Assembly (NCBI GenBank): GCA_000252485.1
Contig: JH610995.1
Span: 7,369-39,368, forward strand
Source: Prochloron didemni P4-Papua_New_Guinea
Lineage (GTDB): Bacteria > Cyanobacteriota > Cyanobacteriia > Cyanobacteriales > Prochloraceae
DNA: 32,000 nt
Reading direction: 5' to 3'
Shown: positions 18,733 to 28,263 of the stretch, piece by piece
How the letters are laid out: every line of letters starts with the position of its first letter
How positions within the stretch are numbered: the first letter of the stretch is position 1
Notes under the pieces: model-generated
What the model saw: only the letters and a program-made list of their open reading frames with translations
Databases searched by the model: none
What the model was told of the DNA's origin: nothing
Position numbers and translations under genes: made by a program

Positions 18733-19065
18733 TTAATTAATAATCCGATAAAAAGACCGGAGGTTTCTAAGTAGTTAATGGCTTGGGCTAAGTGGACATC
18801 TTCTAGTTTTTTTTCGTAGGTTGGGTCTCCCGATAGCGAAACCCTTCGGCTACCCTTCGACTACGCGGTCCCTGCACTTCGACTTCGCTCAGTGACCGCG
18901 TAGCCGAAGGGCAGGGCAAGCGCTCAGGGCAACGCCCAACAGCACCAAGTTGTGTTGGGTTTCGTTACCTCAACCCAACCTACAATTGCTTATAACACTA
19001 TTGTATCTGTAGCAAACATTTTCAGATTTGATATTAGTTATATTTTACTTGGGTATTCCGTCAAT

Positions 19066-19154
19066 AATTGTTAATTGTTAATTGTTAATTGTTAATTGTT
19101 CATTGTTCATTGTTCATTGTTTATTGTTAATTGTTCATTGTTCATTGTTCATTG
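19066..19154. repeat. Heptamer tandem array (ATTGTTA/ATTGTTC)n
   Basis: Direct reading; overlaps the 3' end of dtd. Confidence 0.92.
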
Positions 19155-19605
19155 CTATAGCTTCTCGTTCTAACAACAGGGTAACAGGACCGTCATTCTC
19201 AATACTCACTCCCATCATAGCACCAAATTTTCCAGTTTCTACCCGCAGATTACTTTGGCGTAATTTAGTAATAAAACTATTATAAAGAACTTCAGCGGCT
19301 TCAGGTTGAGCAGAACCGCTAAAAGATGGACGACGACCTTTACGACAGTCACCGTAGAGAGTAAATTGACTGACTACAAGCAATTCTCCTTTAATATCTT
19401 GGACTGATTTTTGCCAGGGAGTATTATCTTCTTCTCCAGGAAATAACCTCAATTGCAAGCATTTTCGCACCATCCAATCAATTTCTATTTCCGTATCTGT
19501 AGGAGCAATTCCCACTAGTAGGTTTAATCCCCTGCCAATTTTACCGATAACTTCTCCATTAACTACAACTTGAGAAGATTTGACTCTTTGGATAACAATG
19601 CGCAT
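19135..19605 (-). CDS. dtd: D-aminoacyl-tRNA deacylase
   Basis: '[33 protein letters not shown]', '[21 protein letters not shown]', '[22 protein letters not shown]'. Confidence 0.96.
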   Translation of the reverse strand: MRIVIQRVKSSQVVVNGEVIGKIGRGLNLLVGIAPTDTEIEIDWMVRKCLQLRLFPGEEDNTPWQKSVQDIKGELLVVSQFTLYGDCRKGRRPSFSGSAQPEAAEVLYNSFITKLRQSNLRVETGKFGAMMGVSIENDGPVTLLLEREAIAMNNEQ

Positions 19606-19606
19606 G

Positions 19607-19674
19607 TTTGGTTGTTGGTTGTTGGTTGTTGGTTGTTGGTTGTTGGTTGTTAGTTGTTAGTTGTTTGTTGTTGG
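19607..19674. repeat. Heptamer tandem array (GGTTGTT)n directly upstream of the dtd start codon
   Basis: Direct reading. Similar arrays at about 27774-27822, 28853-28886 and 30018-30095. Confidence 0.9.
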
Positions 19675-19841
19675 GGTGTGGTTACAAGTAGTTGTTTGAG
19701 GCTGAATATCTATTTATCAATCGTGGGGTAGCCCCCCTTCGGCTCCGCGGTCCCTGCCCTTCGGCAAGTCTGGGCTGCCTACCAATCGCCGGTAAGCCAC
19801 GACTATTGAGAAAATCAAGATAATTAATTAATCACTATAGC

Positions 19842-19944
19842 GTTTCTTAGACTCATGAGGTACATCTATGATACTGGTCTATTAACGTGTTTAGTATTGA
19901 GTAAGAGCAACCAACCGGTTGGTGTATAACTATCAACTGTCCAC
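19842..19944 (+). repeat. Dispersed repeat 'catgaggtacatctatg...cgtgtttagtattgag...tataactatcaactgtccac'
   Basis: Second copy at 22941-23049; partial copy at 25431-25482. Confidence 0.65.
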
Positions 19945-20077
19945 TCGACCGAATCTGAAAATTGACAACAAGCTAAAAACCAAGAGGAATAAGGCGAGTA
20001 TAGTTTCTGGCATTTTTTGCGGAGACATTCGCCAATTGTTAAATTTTGAATTTTGAATTTTGAATTTTGAATTCGAC
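19945..20077 (+). repeat. 133-bp dispersed element, copy B
   Basis: Same length and ends as copies A and C. Flanked by 16-bp direct repeats CTATCAACTGTCCACT (19930-19945 and 20086-20101). Confidence 0.88.
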
Positions 20078-20926
20078 GGAAGGAGCTATCAACTGTCCAC
20101 TGCTATAGTTATTTCTTGCCTGTTCAATAACTTCAAGTGTTTGCTCCAGCAATCCTTGATTGGAAGCAGCTAATACTTGAGTGGACTTACTTGTTAATTT
20201 GTTGCCAGACCAATCCGTAATAACAGCACCAGTACCTTCAATAATGGGGATAATGGCACAAAAATCATAATACTGCATTTCCGATTCCAGGATAACCATT
20301 GGCATGGAACTCCAGCCAGAAGCAAGAGAAGCATAGTTATAACAATCTCCCCCAAAGGCAGTGCGCTGGCAAACTTCTTGACATTTTTTTGCTATCTTTT
20401 TCTCTTCCTCTGTGATAAACATTAGAGGAGTTGTAGATACCAGACAAGCTTCTTCTAGCTTACTATTGGATTCTCCAGAATATGGATTGACAATTGGTTT
20501 GTTATTAAACAAAGTTGTTTGTCCTGGCACTCCAAGCCAAAGTTCTTCAATAATTGGTTGGTTGAGGATTCCTAAAATAGGCTGGTTACTTTCCAGATTA
20601 ACTAAACCAATGAGGGTTCCAAATATAGGAAGTCCTCTGACAAAAGAGGAGGTTCCATCCATAGGATCGAGAACCCAATATCGACCGTTTTTAGATGGTA
20701 CGTTTTCTCCTTCCTCTCGAATAATTCCATCTTCCGGTGCTTCTTTTAAAAGAACTTGCACCATAGCATTTTCTGCTTCTCTATCCGCGATTGTAGCAAT
20801 AGCAGAAACTTCTCCTTCCTTGGTTTCAGTTTCCAGATTAGGCTGCCTAAAGTATTGGCGAATTATTTCTCCAGATACTTGAGCTAATCGCTCTGCTAGA
20901 TTTATACTGGCTGTTAAATCATTCAT
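20039..20926 (-). CDS. hisN: Inositol monophosphatase family protein, probable histidinol-phosphatase
   Basis: 'GIIREEGENVPSKNGRYWVLDPMDGTSSFVRGLPIFGTLIGL' and 'GGDCYNYASLASG...YYDFCAIIPIIEGTGAVITDWSG'. Stop codon lies within the 133-bp repeat. Confidence 0.85.
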   Translation of the reverse strand: MNDLTASINLAERLAQVSGEIIRQYFRQPNLETETKEGEVSAIATIADREAENAMVQVLLKEAPEDGIIREEGENVPSKNGRYWVLDPMDGTSSFVRGLPIFGTLIGLVNLESNQPILGILNQPIIEELWLGVPGQTTLFNNKPIVNPYSGESNSKLEEACLVSTTPLMFITEEEKKIAKKCQEVCQRTAFGGDCYNYASLASGWSSMPMVILESEMQYYDFCAIIPIIEGTGAVITDWSGNKLTSKSTQVLAASNQGLLEQTLEVIEQARNNYSSGQLIAPSVEFKIQNSKFKI

Positions 20927-20972
20927 TATCTATAGCGTTTTTTTGAATAGCGGGTGTGACCAAGAGTAGTTC

Positions 20973-21070
20973 AGGACTTACGCAAACAAACCTAGAAACC
21001 GGGTTTCTCACCGGGATAAAATGGCAAAACCCAGAGTTTTTGTTCAGAAACCCGGCGAATGCTAAGTCCT
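20973..21070. repeat. MITE-like element, second copy of 3589-3687, degraded right end
   Basis: aggacttacgcaaacaaacctagaaaccgggtttctc...cagaaacccgg...taagtcct. Confidence 0.65.
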
Positions 21071-21198
21071 GTAGTTGATAGAGTTTTTTAGTAGGGTGGG
21101 CATTGCCCACCACACCATCTATCGCTAACCTAAATCAACTTTTCACCGGTGAGGGCGCATGCCTGAGAGGAGTCCAGGTGTGCGCCCACTACAGCAGC

Positions 21199-22245
21199 TT
21201 ATTGTTTTACTTTGATGTCTTTAATAGTTGCCAGAAGACGATCTATTTCTGAATCTGTTCCCACGGTAATCCTGACGTAATTGGTAATTCTAGTTTTGTT
21301 AAAATAACGAACTAAGACACCTTTATCTTTTAATTGGGCGTACAGTTCCGATGCTGGCATCCATTGGGGAGAAGCTAAGACAAAGTTTCCCTCAGAATCA
21401 AAGACAAAACAATCTAACTCTCGCAAAGAAGTAATTAAGCGTTTTCTGGTTTGACGGATTTTAGCCCAGATTTCTTGGAACTTATCTTGAGATTGAAAAG
21501 CAGCAGTTGCTAAAGCTTGGGCAAGACGATCTACATTGTAGGAATCTCGAACTTTATTCATCTGCTGGATTAAGGATTTAGAGGCAATACCAAAACCCAC
21601 TCTCGCACCAGCTAAACTATAAGCTTTGGACATGGTGCGAACGATAATAACATTGTCATATTTTTTGAGTAAATGCAAGCGATCGCAGTCCGAGAAATTG
21701 ACATAAGCTTCGTCGATTACCACAACTCCTGTAGCCTTAGCACAGGTTTCTTCTAAATATTGGCTATTGATATGTTGACCCACAGGAGGGTTTGGTGAAG
21801 CGAAGAAAATCAGCTTGGCTTCCGGACAAACTATAGATTCCTCTAGTTCAAACTTAGCATTTGTGGGAATTCTGATAATAGAAGAACCATGAACCAAGGC
21901 CAATGTTTCGTAAAGGGAATAGGTCACATCCAAAAAAGCAATTTTTTCTACCGGTTCAACAAAAGTTCGGATGGCAATATTGAGGATGTCATCGGAACCA
22001 TTCCCCACAATAATTTGTTCTGATGATACGCCAAAAACTTGAGCCGCAGTTTCTCGCAGCTTAGTACAAACTGGATCGGGATAGAGGTTGACTTTGGCTA
22101 ATTCATTCTGGATGACATCTAATAGTTCAAAAGGAGGTGCATAGGGATTTTCGTTGGTATTTAGTTTGATGAAGTTATTGGTTTGCGGTTGTTCCCCAGG
22201 GACGTATTCTGGAGTCTGGATTACACATTCTCGAGTTAAGACCAT
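21199..22245 (-). CDS. hisC: Histidinol-phosphate aminotransferase
   Basis: 'FIKLNTNENPYAPP', 'IIVGNGSDDILNIAIRTFVEP', 'FFASPNPPVGQ', 'MSKAYSLAGARVGFGIA', 'YVRITVGTDSEIDRLL'. Start placed at internal MVLTRECV; the ORF is open to 22302. Confidence 0.93.
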   Translation of the reverse strand: MVLTRECVIQTPEYVPGEQPQTNNFIKLNTNENPYAPPFELLDVIQNELAKVNLYPDPVCTKLRETAAQVFGVSSEQIIVGNGSDDILNIAIRTFVEPVEKIAFLDVTYSLYETLALVHGSSIIRIPTNAKFELEESIVCPEAKLIFFASPNPPVGQHINSQYLEETCAKATGVVVIDEAYVNFSDCDRLHLLKKYDNVIIVRTMSKAYSLAGARVGFGIASKSLIQQMNKVRDSYNVDRLAQALATAAFQSQDKFQEIWAKIRQTRKRLITSLRELDCFVFDSEGNFVLASPQWMPASELYAQLKDKGVLVRYFNKTRITNYVRITVGTDSEIDRLLATIKDIKVKQ

Positions 22246-22940
22246 TTTTACTTTTTTATTAGATTTACTGGGCAGCGATGGAGTTAAACTGCAAATATCC
22301 AATTATACTGTCTTTGCTTCTTTTTTCTCTAGCCAGTAGGGAAAAACTTTCAGCAGTTTGGTTAATATACCTCATTTTTGGAAAAAGCGATAGGGAAAAC
22401 CAATATCAAGATACCAGGCTTTTCGTAAAAAAATTTAAAACACCGTCTCACTGGTCACTGGTGTGGTCAAAAGTAGTTGTTTCCGGCTGAATATATCTTC
22501 TGGGATTAATTATTATATTGCGATCGCTAAGAGCGGCGCTTCGCGATCGCCATGTTGTTTTCCACTACCTAAATAAATCCAATAATTATTTTTACCGATC
22601 GCGATCGGGTTATGCTAGGAGTAAAATTTATAAATCTCATTGTTAATGTATTATAGAACGTTGCGGTGCGTTCGCAACGCACCCTACGGGGGAAAAAAGG
22701 GAAAAGCCTATAACGACGAACCAAGAACACCAAAATACCAATGTCTACGGAGGCAATATTTATCCAGGGAGTAGGTTGGATTTCGCTTATCGCTCTACCC
22801 AACATAAACTTACTGGCTGTTGGGTTTCGTTGCCTCAACCCAACCTACGATCTGACCTTTGCCCGAGAGATACCGTGACATAGGGACAACAACGTAAACT
22901 TTTATATGATATTATATTCTTCCATGAAAAAAATTTATAG

Positions 22941-23049
22941 GGTTTCTTGGTCATGAGGTACATCTATGTATCCGGCCTATGAACGTGTTTAGTATTGAGT
23001 TCCAGCAACCGACAGGTTGCTGTATAACTATCAACTGTCCACTGCTATA
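22941..23049 (+). repeat. Copy of the 'catgaggtacatctatg' dispersed repeat
   Basis: Aligns by eye with 19842-19944. Confidence 0.65.
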
Positions 23050-23151
23050 TCTATTTAGGGGATATAGGTCAAAAATTTGTTTCCTAAAATAAAACTCTTA
23101 ATTGTTAATTGTTCCTTATTCATTGTTATAGGTTGGGAGGAATGAAGAACC

Positions 23152-24330
23152 TTGATTAACAAAACATTGGTGGATTTATTTGCTGGATCTGGAGGGTTAT
23201 CTTGTGGCTTAAAAATGGCAGGATTTCAACCTATTTTAGCTAACGAACTGGTTCCAGCTTATGGGAAAACCTATGAGTATAATCATTCTAATACCGATTT
23301 GATTATTGGTGACCTTCGTGAAGTTGGTGCAACTAATTTGAGGAAAAGATTAGGTGTTATGAAGGGAGAGGTGGATTTATTGGCTGGGGGTCCACCGTGC
23401 CAAGGTTTTTCCATTAATGCTCCCATTCGCTCCTTAGATGATAAGCGCAATTATTTATTTAAAGAATATATCAGAATAGGGAAGGAATTATTGCCGAAAG
23501 CAATTCTCATTGAGAATGTTCCTGGGATTATTTCTTTGGGTCAAGGTACTGTAGTAAAACAAATATATCAAGAAATTGAACAATTAGGTTATTCCATCCA
23601 ACATAAAATCCTCTTTTCCGGGCATTATGGAGTGCCGCAAATGCGTTTTAGGACTATATTTATAGCTTTAAAAGGGGAAGACAAGGTAATTGAATTTCCC
23701 CAGCCTGATTATAATGCTAAGGCTATTGCTAATTTTACCGGAGCCAAGGAACTTTGTTTAAAGATTTTGCCATCTTGCGAGGAGAAACTTAAACCTCAAA
23801 CTTCAGTTTGGGATGCTATTTCCGATTTGCCAGCAATAGAGTCTGGGTCGAAGAATGACAAAATAAAATATGCTTATTCCCAACCTCAGAGTGAATACCA
23901 AGCAATGTTGAGAAATGGTAGGGACTATGTCTACAATCATAGTTGTAATAAGCTGGGGAAAATTAATCTCGAGCGTCTAAAACATATTCCCCAAGGTGGT
24001 AGTTGGCGAGATATTCCTTTTGAGTTGCTACCTGCAGGATTAAAGCGAGCTAAAAGGAGCGACCACACGAAAAGATATGGAAGACTTCATCCCGATGGAC
24101 TTTGTTCCACAATTCTTACAAAGTGCGATCCTCATTGGGGTAGTTTTTTTCATCCCACCCAAGATAGAGTTATTTCCGTAAGGGAAGCAGCTCGGATTCA
24201 GTCATTCCCAGATGATTATTATTTTACTGGTTCTCTTACTCAGCAATACGAACAAGTAGGGAATGCCGTTCCACCTTTAATGGCTCGGGAAATTGGGAAA
24301 ACAATAATTAGTCTCTTGGAGCAGGTATGA
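23152..24330 (+). CDS. DNA (cytosine-5)-methyltransferase of a type II R-M system
   Basis: TTG start; 'VDLFAGSGGLSCGLKMAG', 'LLAGGPPCQGFS', 'LIENVPG', 'QMRFRTIFI', 'IQSFPDDYYFTG....YEQVGNAVPPLMAREIG' are the canonical m5C MTase motifs. Confidence 0.97.
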   Translation: MINKTLVDLFAGSGGLSCGLKMAGFQPILANELVPAYGKTYEYNHSNTDLIIGDLREVGATNLRKRLGVMKGEVDLLAGGPPCQGFSINAPIRSLDDKRNYLFKEYIRIGKELLPKAILIENVPGIISLGQGTVVKQIYQEIEQLGYSIQHKILFSGHYGVPQMRFRTIFIALKGEDKVIEFPQPDYNAKAIANFTGAKELCLKILPSCEEKLKPQTSVWDAISDLPAIESGSKNDKIKYAYSQPQSEYQAMLRNGRDYVYNHSCNKLGKINLERLKHIPQGGSWRDIPFELLPAGLKRAKRSDHTKRYGRLHPDGLCSTILTKCDPHWGSFFHPTQDRVISVREAARIQSFPDDYYFTGSLTQQYEQVGNAVPPLMAREIGKTIISLLEQV

Positions 24331-25232
24331 GGAAGAAAAAAGATTTGGTTGAAGTATTTGGCTATGCTCCTGATGACTTATCAAAAGAGGCTAGGTCGTT
24401 GTGGAATATAGGTGGTTGTCCGTTTGTAAATAAGGCTTGTATTAAAATAAACCATGATAGAACTATTACTTACGGCACTTGTTCCGTAACATCCCCTTAT
24501 GGAGATATAATAATTTGCCCGAACCGTTTATATGAAAATGATTACAGCACCATTAACCGTGTCGCTAAAGATGCTTTTGGCAATATTCCATTTTTATTGT
24601 TCGATGAATATATTAAGAAGCGAGGAAATATTGAAGAATGTGTTGTAGCTTTGGGTAAAAACTCTGGTAAAGAAGTGCAGCTGGGTCGTCATTTATCTAT
24701 GGATTGGGTATTGGCTCGAATTGTTGATACAGAACTAATTGAATATGTGGGAATTGAAATTCAAAGTATCGATATTACTGGCAATTATCGGGATGCTTGG
24801 CATGGATATAATAATTTGCCTAATACTAAGGTTTTAGCATGGTCAATTCCATCTTCTAATCATGGTTTGAACTGGGCTAATGTTCATAAGCGTCTTATTC
24901 CTCAACTAATACGAAAGGGTATAATTTATTCGCGGTCCAAGCTGGTGAAAAAAGGATTGTATTTTATTCTTCCTGAAATTGTTTTTAATAAATTTGAAGA
25001 AGTTCTGGGAAAGGATATTCCCACAGCGAATAATGCTAATCACGAAACTTTGACAGTTTTAACCTATAAATTGGGGGATAATGTACCATCGGGACAACAG
25101 CGTAAACTTGTAGCAGTTCGTAAATTGCGTTTTACTCTGGAAGAGTTTTCTAATCGTTTCATATCTGGTCCAAATCTTCCCAGTGGAGAAGAGCTGGATG
25201 AAGCGGTTAAAAGAGTAATTGGGGCTGTATAA
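24327..25232 (+). CDS. NotI-family type II restriction endonuclease
   Basis: 'GGCPFVNKACIKI....TYGTCSV......IICPNRLYEND' (four-Cys metal-site pattern) and 'MDWVLARIVDTELIEYVGIEIQSIDITGNYRDA' resemble NotI. ATG overlaps the MTase stop (ATGA). Confidence 0.85.
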   Translation: MRKKKDLVEVFGYAPDDLSKEARSLWNIGGCPFVNKACIKINHDRTITYGTCSVTSPYGDIIICPNRLYENDYSTINRVAKDAFGNIPFLLFDEYIKKRGNIEECVVALGKNSGKEVQLGRHLSMDWVLARIVDTELIEYVGIEIQSIDITGNYRDAWHGYNNLPNTKVLAWSIPSSNHGLNWANVHKRLIPQLIRKGIIYSRSKLVKKGLYFILPEIVFNKFEEVLGKDIPTANNANHETLTVLTYKLGDNVPSGQQRKLVAVRKLRFTLEEFSNRFISGPNLPSGEELDEAVKRVIGAV

Positions 25233-25299
25233 TGTTTTTAGGTTAGCCGAGTTGGCTTATAATGGCTGATGATGATGCCCTATCTCCTGGTTATTGAGA

Positions 25300-25432
25300 A
25301 ATTTTATCAATAGTCGCGGCTTAACCTGAAAGTTAGGCAGCCCAGACTTGCCCAGAGGGTCGCCGAAGGGGGGCTACCCCACAATTGACTTTCTACATAT
25401 TCACACCCAAACAACTACTTTTGACCACACCC
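25300..25432 (-). repeat. Inverted copy of the 'ggggtagcccccc...ctgggctgcctaactttcaggttaagcc' dispersed repeat
   Basis: Direct comparison with 3994-4094, 5652-5757 and 19687-19812. Confidence 0.6.
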
Positions 25433-25558
25433 GTGTTTAGTATTGAGTAAGAGCAACCAACCGATTACAGTATAACTATCCACTATCCACTATCCACTAT
25501 CAACTATCAACTATCAACTATCAACTATCCACTATCCACTAAATCCACCGGAGGACCA

Positions 25559-26851
25559 ATGATAGAAATAAGCAAATATTCCCAAACCAATCCACGTTTT
25601 CAAGAGATTTTAAACCGGAGTGTAGAAGTTGATACCAAAACTATTGCCACAGTATCGGAAATTATTGAAGATGTGAGAGTAAATGGGGATAAAGCTCTAT
25701 TTAGCTACATGAGTAAGTTTGATGGAGTAGACTACTCCCAAAAATCACCAAAGTTGACAGCTAGTGAAATTGAAGCAGCAGTTAAATCTACCGAACCCAA
25801 GTATTTAGAGGCAGTAAAAAGTGCTTGTGAAAATCTGAAGAAATATCATGAAAAACAAGTTCCCAAAAACTACCATGTGGCCATGGAGGATGGGGCCAAA
25901 CTAGAACGTCACTATTTCCCTATCGAGTCCATTGGGATTTCCGTTCCAGCAGGGGTAGCCCCCCTAGCATCTTCTCTCTATATGAACCTGATTCCAGCTT
26001 TAGTGGCAGGAGTTTCTCGCATCGCAGTAATTAGTGCCCCTCGCTCGGGAACAGTTCAAAAGGAAATTGTCGCTATTGCAGCACATTTTGGCGTGAAAGA
26101 AATCTATGGTATTTCTGGGGCTCAAGGAGTAGCCGCTCTTGCCTATGGAACGGAGACAGTACCCCGGGTGGATAAGATAGTAGGACCGGGAAATATTTGG
26201 GTATCTACAGCCAAAAAACTTCTTTACGGAACGGTGGGAATTGACTTTTTGGCTGGACCTTCAGAAGTGGTTATCTTTGCCGATGAATCGGTTAATCCGG
26301 AACATATTGCGATCGATTTGTTAGCCCAGGCAGAACACGGTACTGGGCTAGAAGCAGCTATTGCTTTTGTTTCTTCTGAAGAGAAGGCACAAGAAATTAA
26401 AAGTTGTTTGAACAAAATAGTTGAACGAAATGAGTTAGAAAGTTCCGTGGGGCAATCTCTCAAAACCTACGGCAATATTTTTCTAGTAGATAGTTGGTCA
26501 GATGCAGTAGAAGGCTGCGAATTGATAGCGCCGGAACATGTAGAATTAGCTTGTGAAAATGCAGAAGAAATAGCACCTCAATTGAGGAAATACGGGGCCT
26601 TATTTATTGGGGAATATACCCCAGAAGCAGTGGGAGATTATTATGCGGGAACTAATCATGTTTTGCCAACCCAAGGAACGGCAAGGTTTTCTTCTGGTTT
26701 GACTGTTAATGACTTCATGAGATCTTCTGCTACAGTACGCTACGATCGCGAAATTTTGAAGCAGAATGCAGAGAAAATAGCAGTGTTAGCGGAAGTAGAA
26801 AAGATGAAAGCTCATAGACTCTCGGTGTTGATGAGAACTGGTAAGGAGTAG
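25559..26851 (+). CDS. hisD: Histidinol dehydrogenase
   Basis: '[30 protein letters not shown]', '[31 protein letters not shown]', '[13 protein letters not shown]', '[28 protein letters not shown]'. Confidence 0.96.
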   Translation: MIEISKYSQTNPRFQEILNRSVEVDTKTIATVSEIIEDVRVNGDKALFSYMSKFDGVDYSQKSPKLTASEIEAAVKSTEPKYLEAVKSACENLKKYHEKQVPKNYHVAMEDGAKLERHYFPIESIGISVPAGVAPLASSLYMNLIPALVAGVSRIAVISAPRSGTVQKEIVAIAAHFGVKEIYGISGAQGVAALAYGTETVPRVDKIVGPGNIWVSTAKKLLYGTVGIDFLAGPSEVVIFADESVNPEHIAIDLLAQAEHGTGLEAAIAFVSSEEKAQEIKSCLNKIVERNELESSVGQSLKTYGNIFLVDSWSDAVEGCELIAPEHVELACENAEEIAPQLRKYGALFIGEYTPEAVGDYYAGTNHVLPTQGTARFSSGLTVNDFMRSSATVRYDREILKQNAEKIAVLAEVEKMKAHRLSVLMRTGKE

Positions 26852-26884
26852 AAATATAGGAGTTGACAGTTGATAGCTCCTGAG

Positions 26885-27017
26885 GTCGAATTCAAAATTC
26901 AAAATTCAAAATTCAAAATTTAATTCGTGGCGAATGTCTCCGCAAAAAATGGCAGAAACTAGAAAAGCCTTATTCCTCTTGGGTTTTAGCTTGTTGTCAA
27001 TTTCAAGATTCGGTCGA
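26885..27017 (-). repeat. 133-bp dispersed element, copy C (inverted)
   Basis: Reverse complement of copies A and B: GTCGAATTC(AAAATTC)n ... GTCAATTTCAAGATTCGGTCGA. Confidence 0.87.
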
Positions 27018-27128
27018 GTGGACAGTGGGTGTGTTCAAAAGTAGTCGAAGAAAGTTTTTTCGTAGGGTGGGCATTGCCCACCACGGCATCTATCGCTGTA
27101 GTCAAAAGCAGTTGACCGAATATTATCT

Positions 27129-27773
27129 CTACAAAACACCTTTAGAACTAGGAATAGCACTAGCACGACGGGGATCTATTTCTACCGCCATACGCATTGC
27201 TCTAGCAAATGCCTTAAAAGTTGCTTCAATGATATGATGAGAATTAATCCCATCCAATTGCCTAATATGTAGAGTCATTTTACTATTGTTGGCTACCGCT
27301 ACGAAGAATTCTCGCACCAGCTGAGTATCGTAACTGCCAACCCGCTGGGTGGGAATCTCCAAACCGTAGCTGAGATGGGGTCGCCCGGAAAAGTCCAGGG
27401 ATACTTGAACGAGGGCTTCGTCTAAAGGAGCGATGAAATGACCGAAGCGAACGATACCCTTGCGATCGCCCAATGCTTTGGCCAAAGCTTGCCCTAGAGT
27501 AATGCCCACATCTTCATTACTGTGGTGGTCGTCAATTTCCAAATCCCCAGTTGCCTTGATATCCAAGTCAATCAGTCCGTGGGAGGAGATTTGGTGGAGC
27601 ATGTGGTCCAAAAAAGGAATCCCGGTGGCAGCGCTACAATGACCCCCACCATCCAGGTTGAGGGAAACTCGTACATCTGTTTCCTTAGTAGTGCGCTGGA
27701 TTGAAGCAGTTCGGGTTAGTAAAGACTGCTCTAAGTTTAGAGAGTTGGGGACTTGTAGCTCTTTGGTCTGCAT
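27129..27773 (-). CDS. hisB: Imidazoleglycerol-phosphate dehydratase
   Basis: '[31 protein letters not shown]', '[17 protein letters not shown]', '[17 protein letters not shown]'. Start placed at MQTKELQ, directly after a tandem array. Confidence 0.96.
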   Translation of the reverse strand: MQTKELQVPNSLNLEQSLLTRTASIQRTTKETDVRVSLNLDGGGHCSAATGIPFLDHMLHQISSHGLIDLDIKATGDLEIDDHHSNEDVGITLGQALAKALGDRKGIVRFGHFIAPLDEALVQVSLDFSGRPHLSYGLEIPTQRVGSYDTQLVREFFVAVANNSKMTLHIRQLDGINSHHIIEATFKAFARAMRMAVEIDPRRASAIPSSKGVL

Positions 27774-27913
27774 GGTTGTTTGTTGTTTGTTATTTGTTGT
27801 TTGTTGTTGGTTGTTTGTTGTTTGATTTGTAGGGTGGGCATTGCCCACCATTCCCATATTTAAACTTATAAGCTATTCCGTGTTAATATAAAGCAAGAGC
27901 GTCTTAAAATTTC

Positions 27914-28213
27914 ATGAACAATTCGAGCCAAAAAGAAATTGCCGTGAGCCTTCTGATTTCCGGTAAAGTACAAAGAGTTGGCTATCGTTTCTCCACCCAA
28001 CTTCAAGCGCGGCAATTAGGTCTTAGGGGTTGGGTGCGTAATCTTGCTGACAGTAGAGTAGAAGCAGTGTTTGAAGGGGACAGCCCCCTAGTGGAACAGA
28101 TGGTTAAATGGTGTCATCTGGGACCATCTGCGGCAGTGGTGGAGAATGTTCGTGTTGAGGAAATAGAGTCTCAAGCACTGCAAAAATTTGAGATCAGGTC
28201 TTCACACCCTTAA
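27914..28213 (+). CDS. acyP: Acylphosphatase, tandem copy 1
   Basis: 'LISGKVQRVGYRFSTQLQARQLGLRGWVRNLADSRVEAVFEGD'. Confidence 0.9.
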   Translation: MNNSSQKEIAVSLLISGKVQRVGYRFSTQLQARQLGLRGWVRNLADSRVEAVFEGDSPLVEQMVKWCHLGPSAAVVENVRVEEIESQALQKFEIRSSHP

Positions 28214-28263
28214 AACCGAAGCTTTATGTTAATCTGGCGGTAAAAATGGAGGAAAAAAATTCA

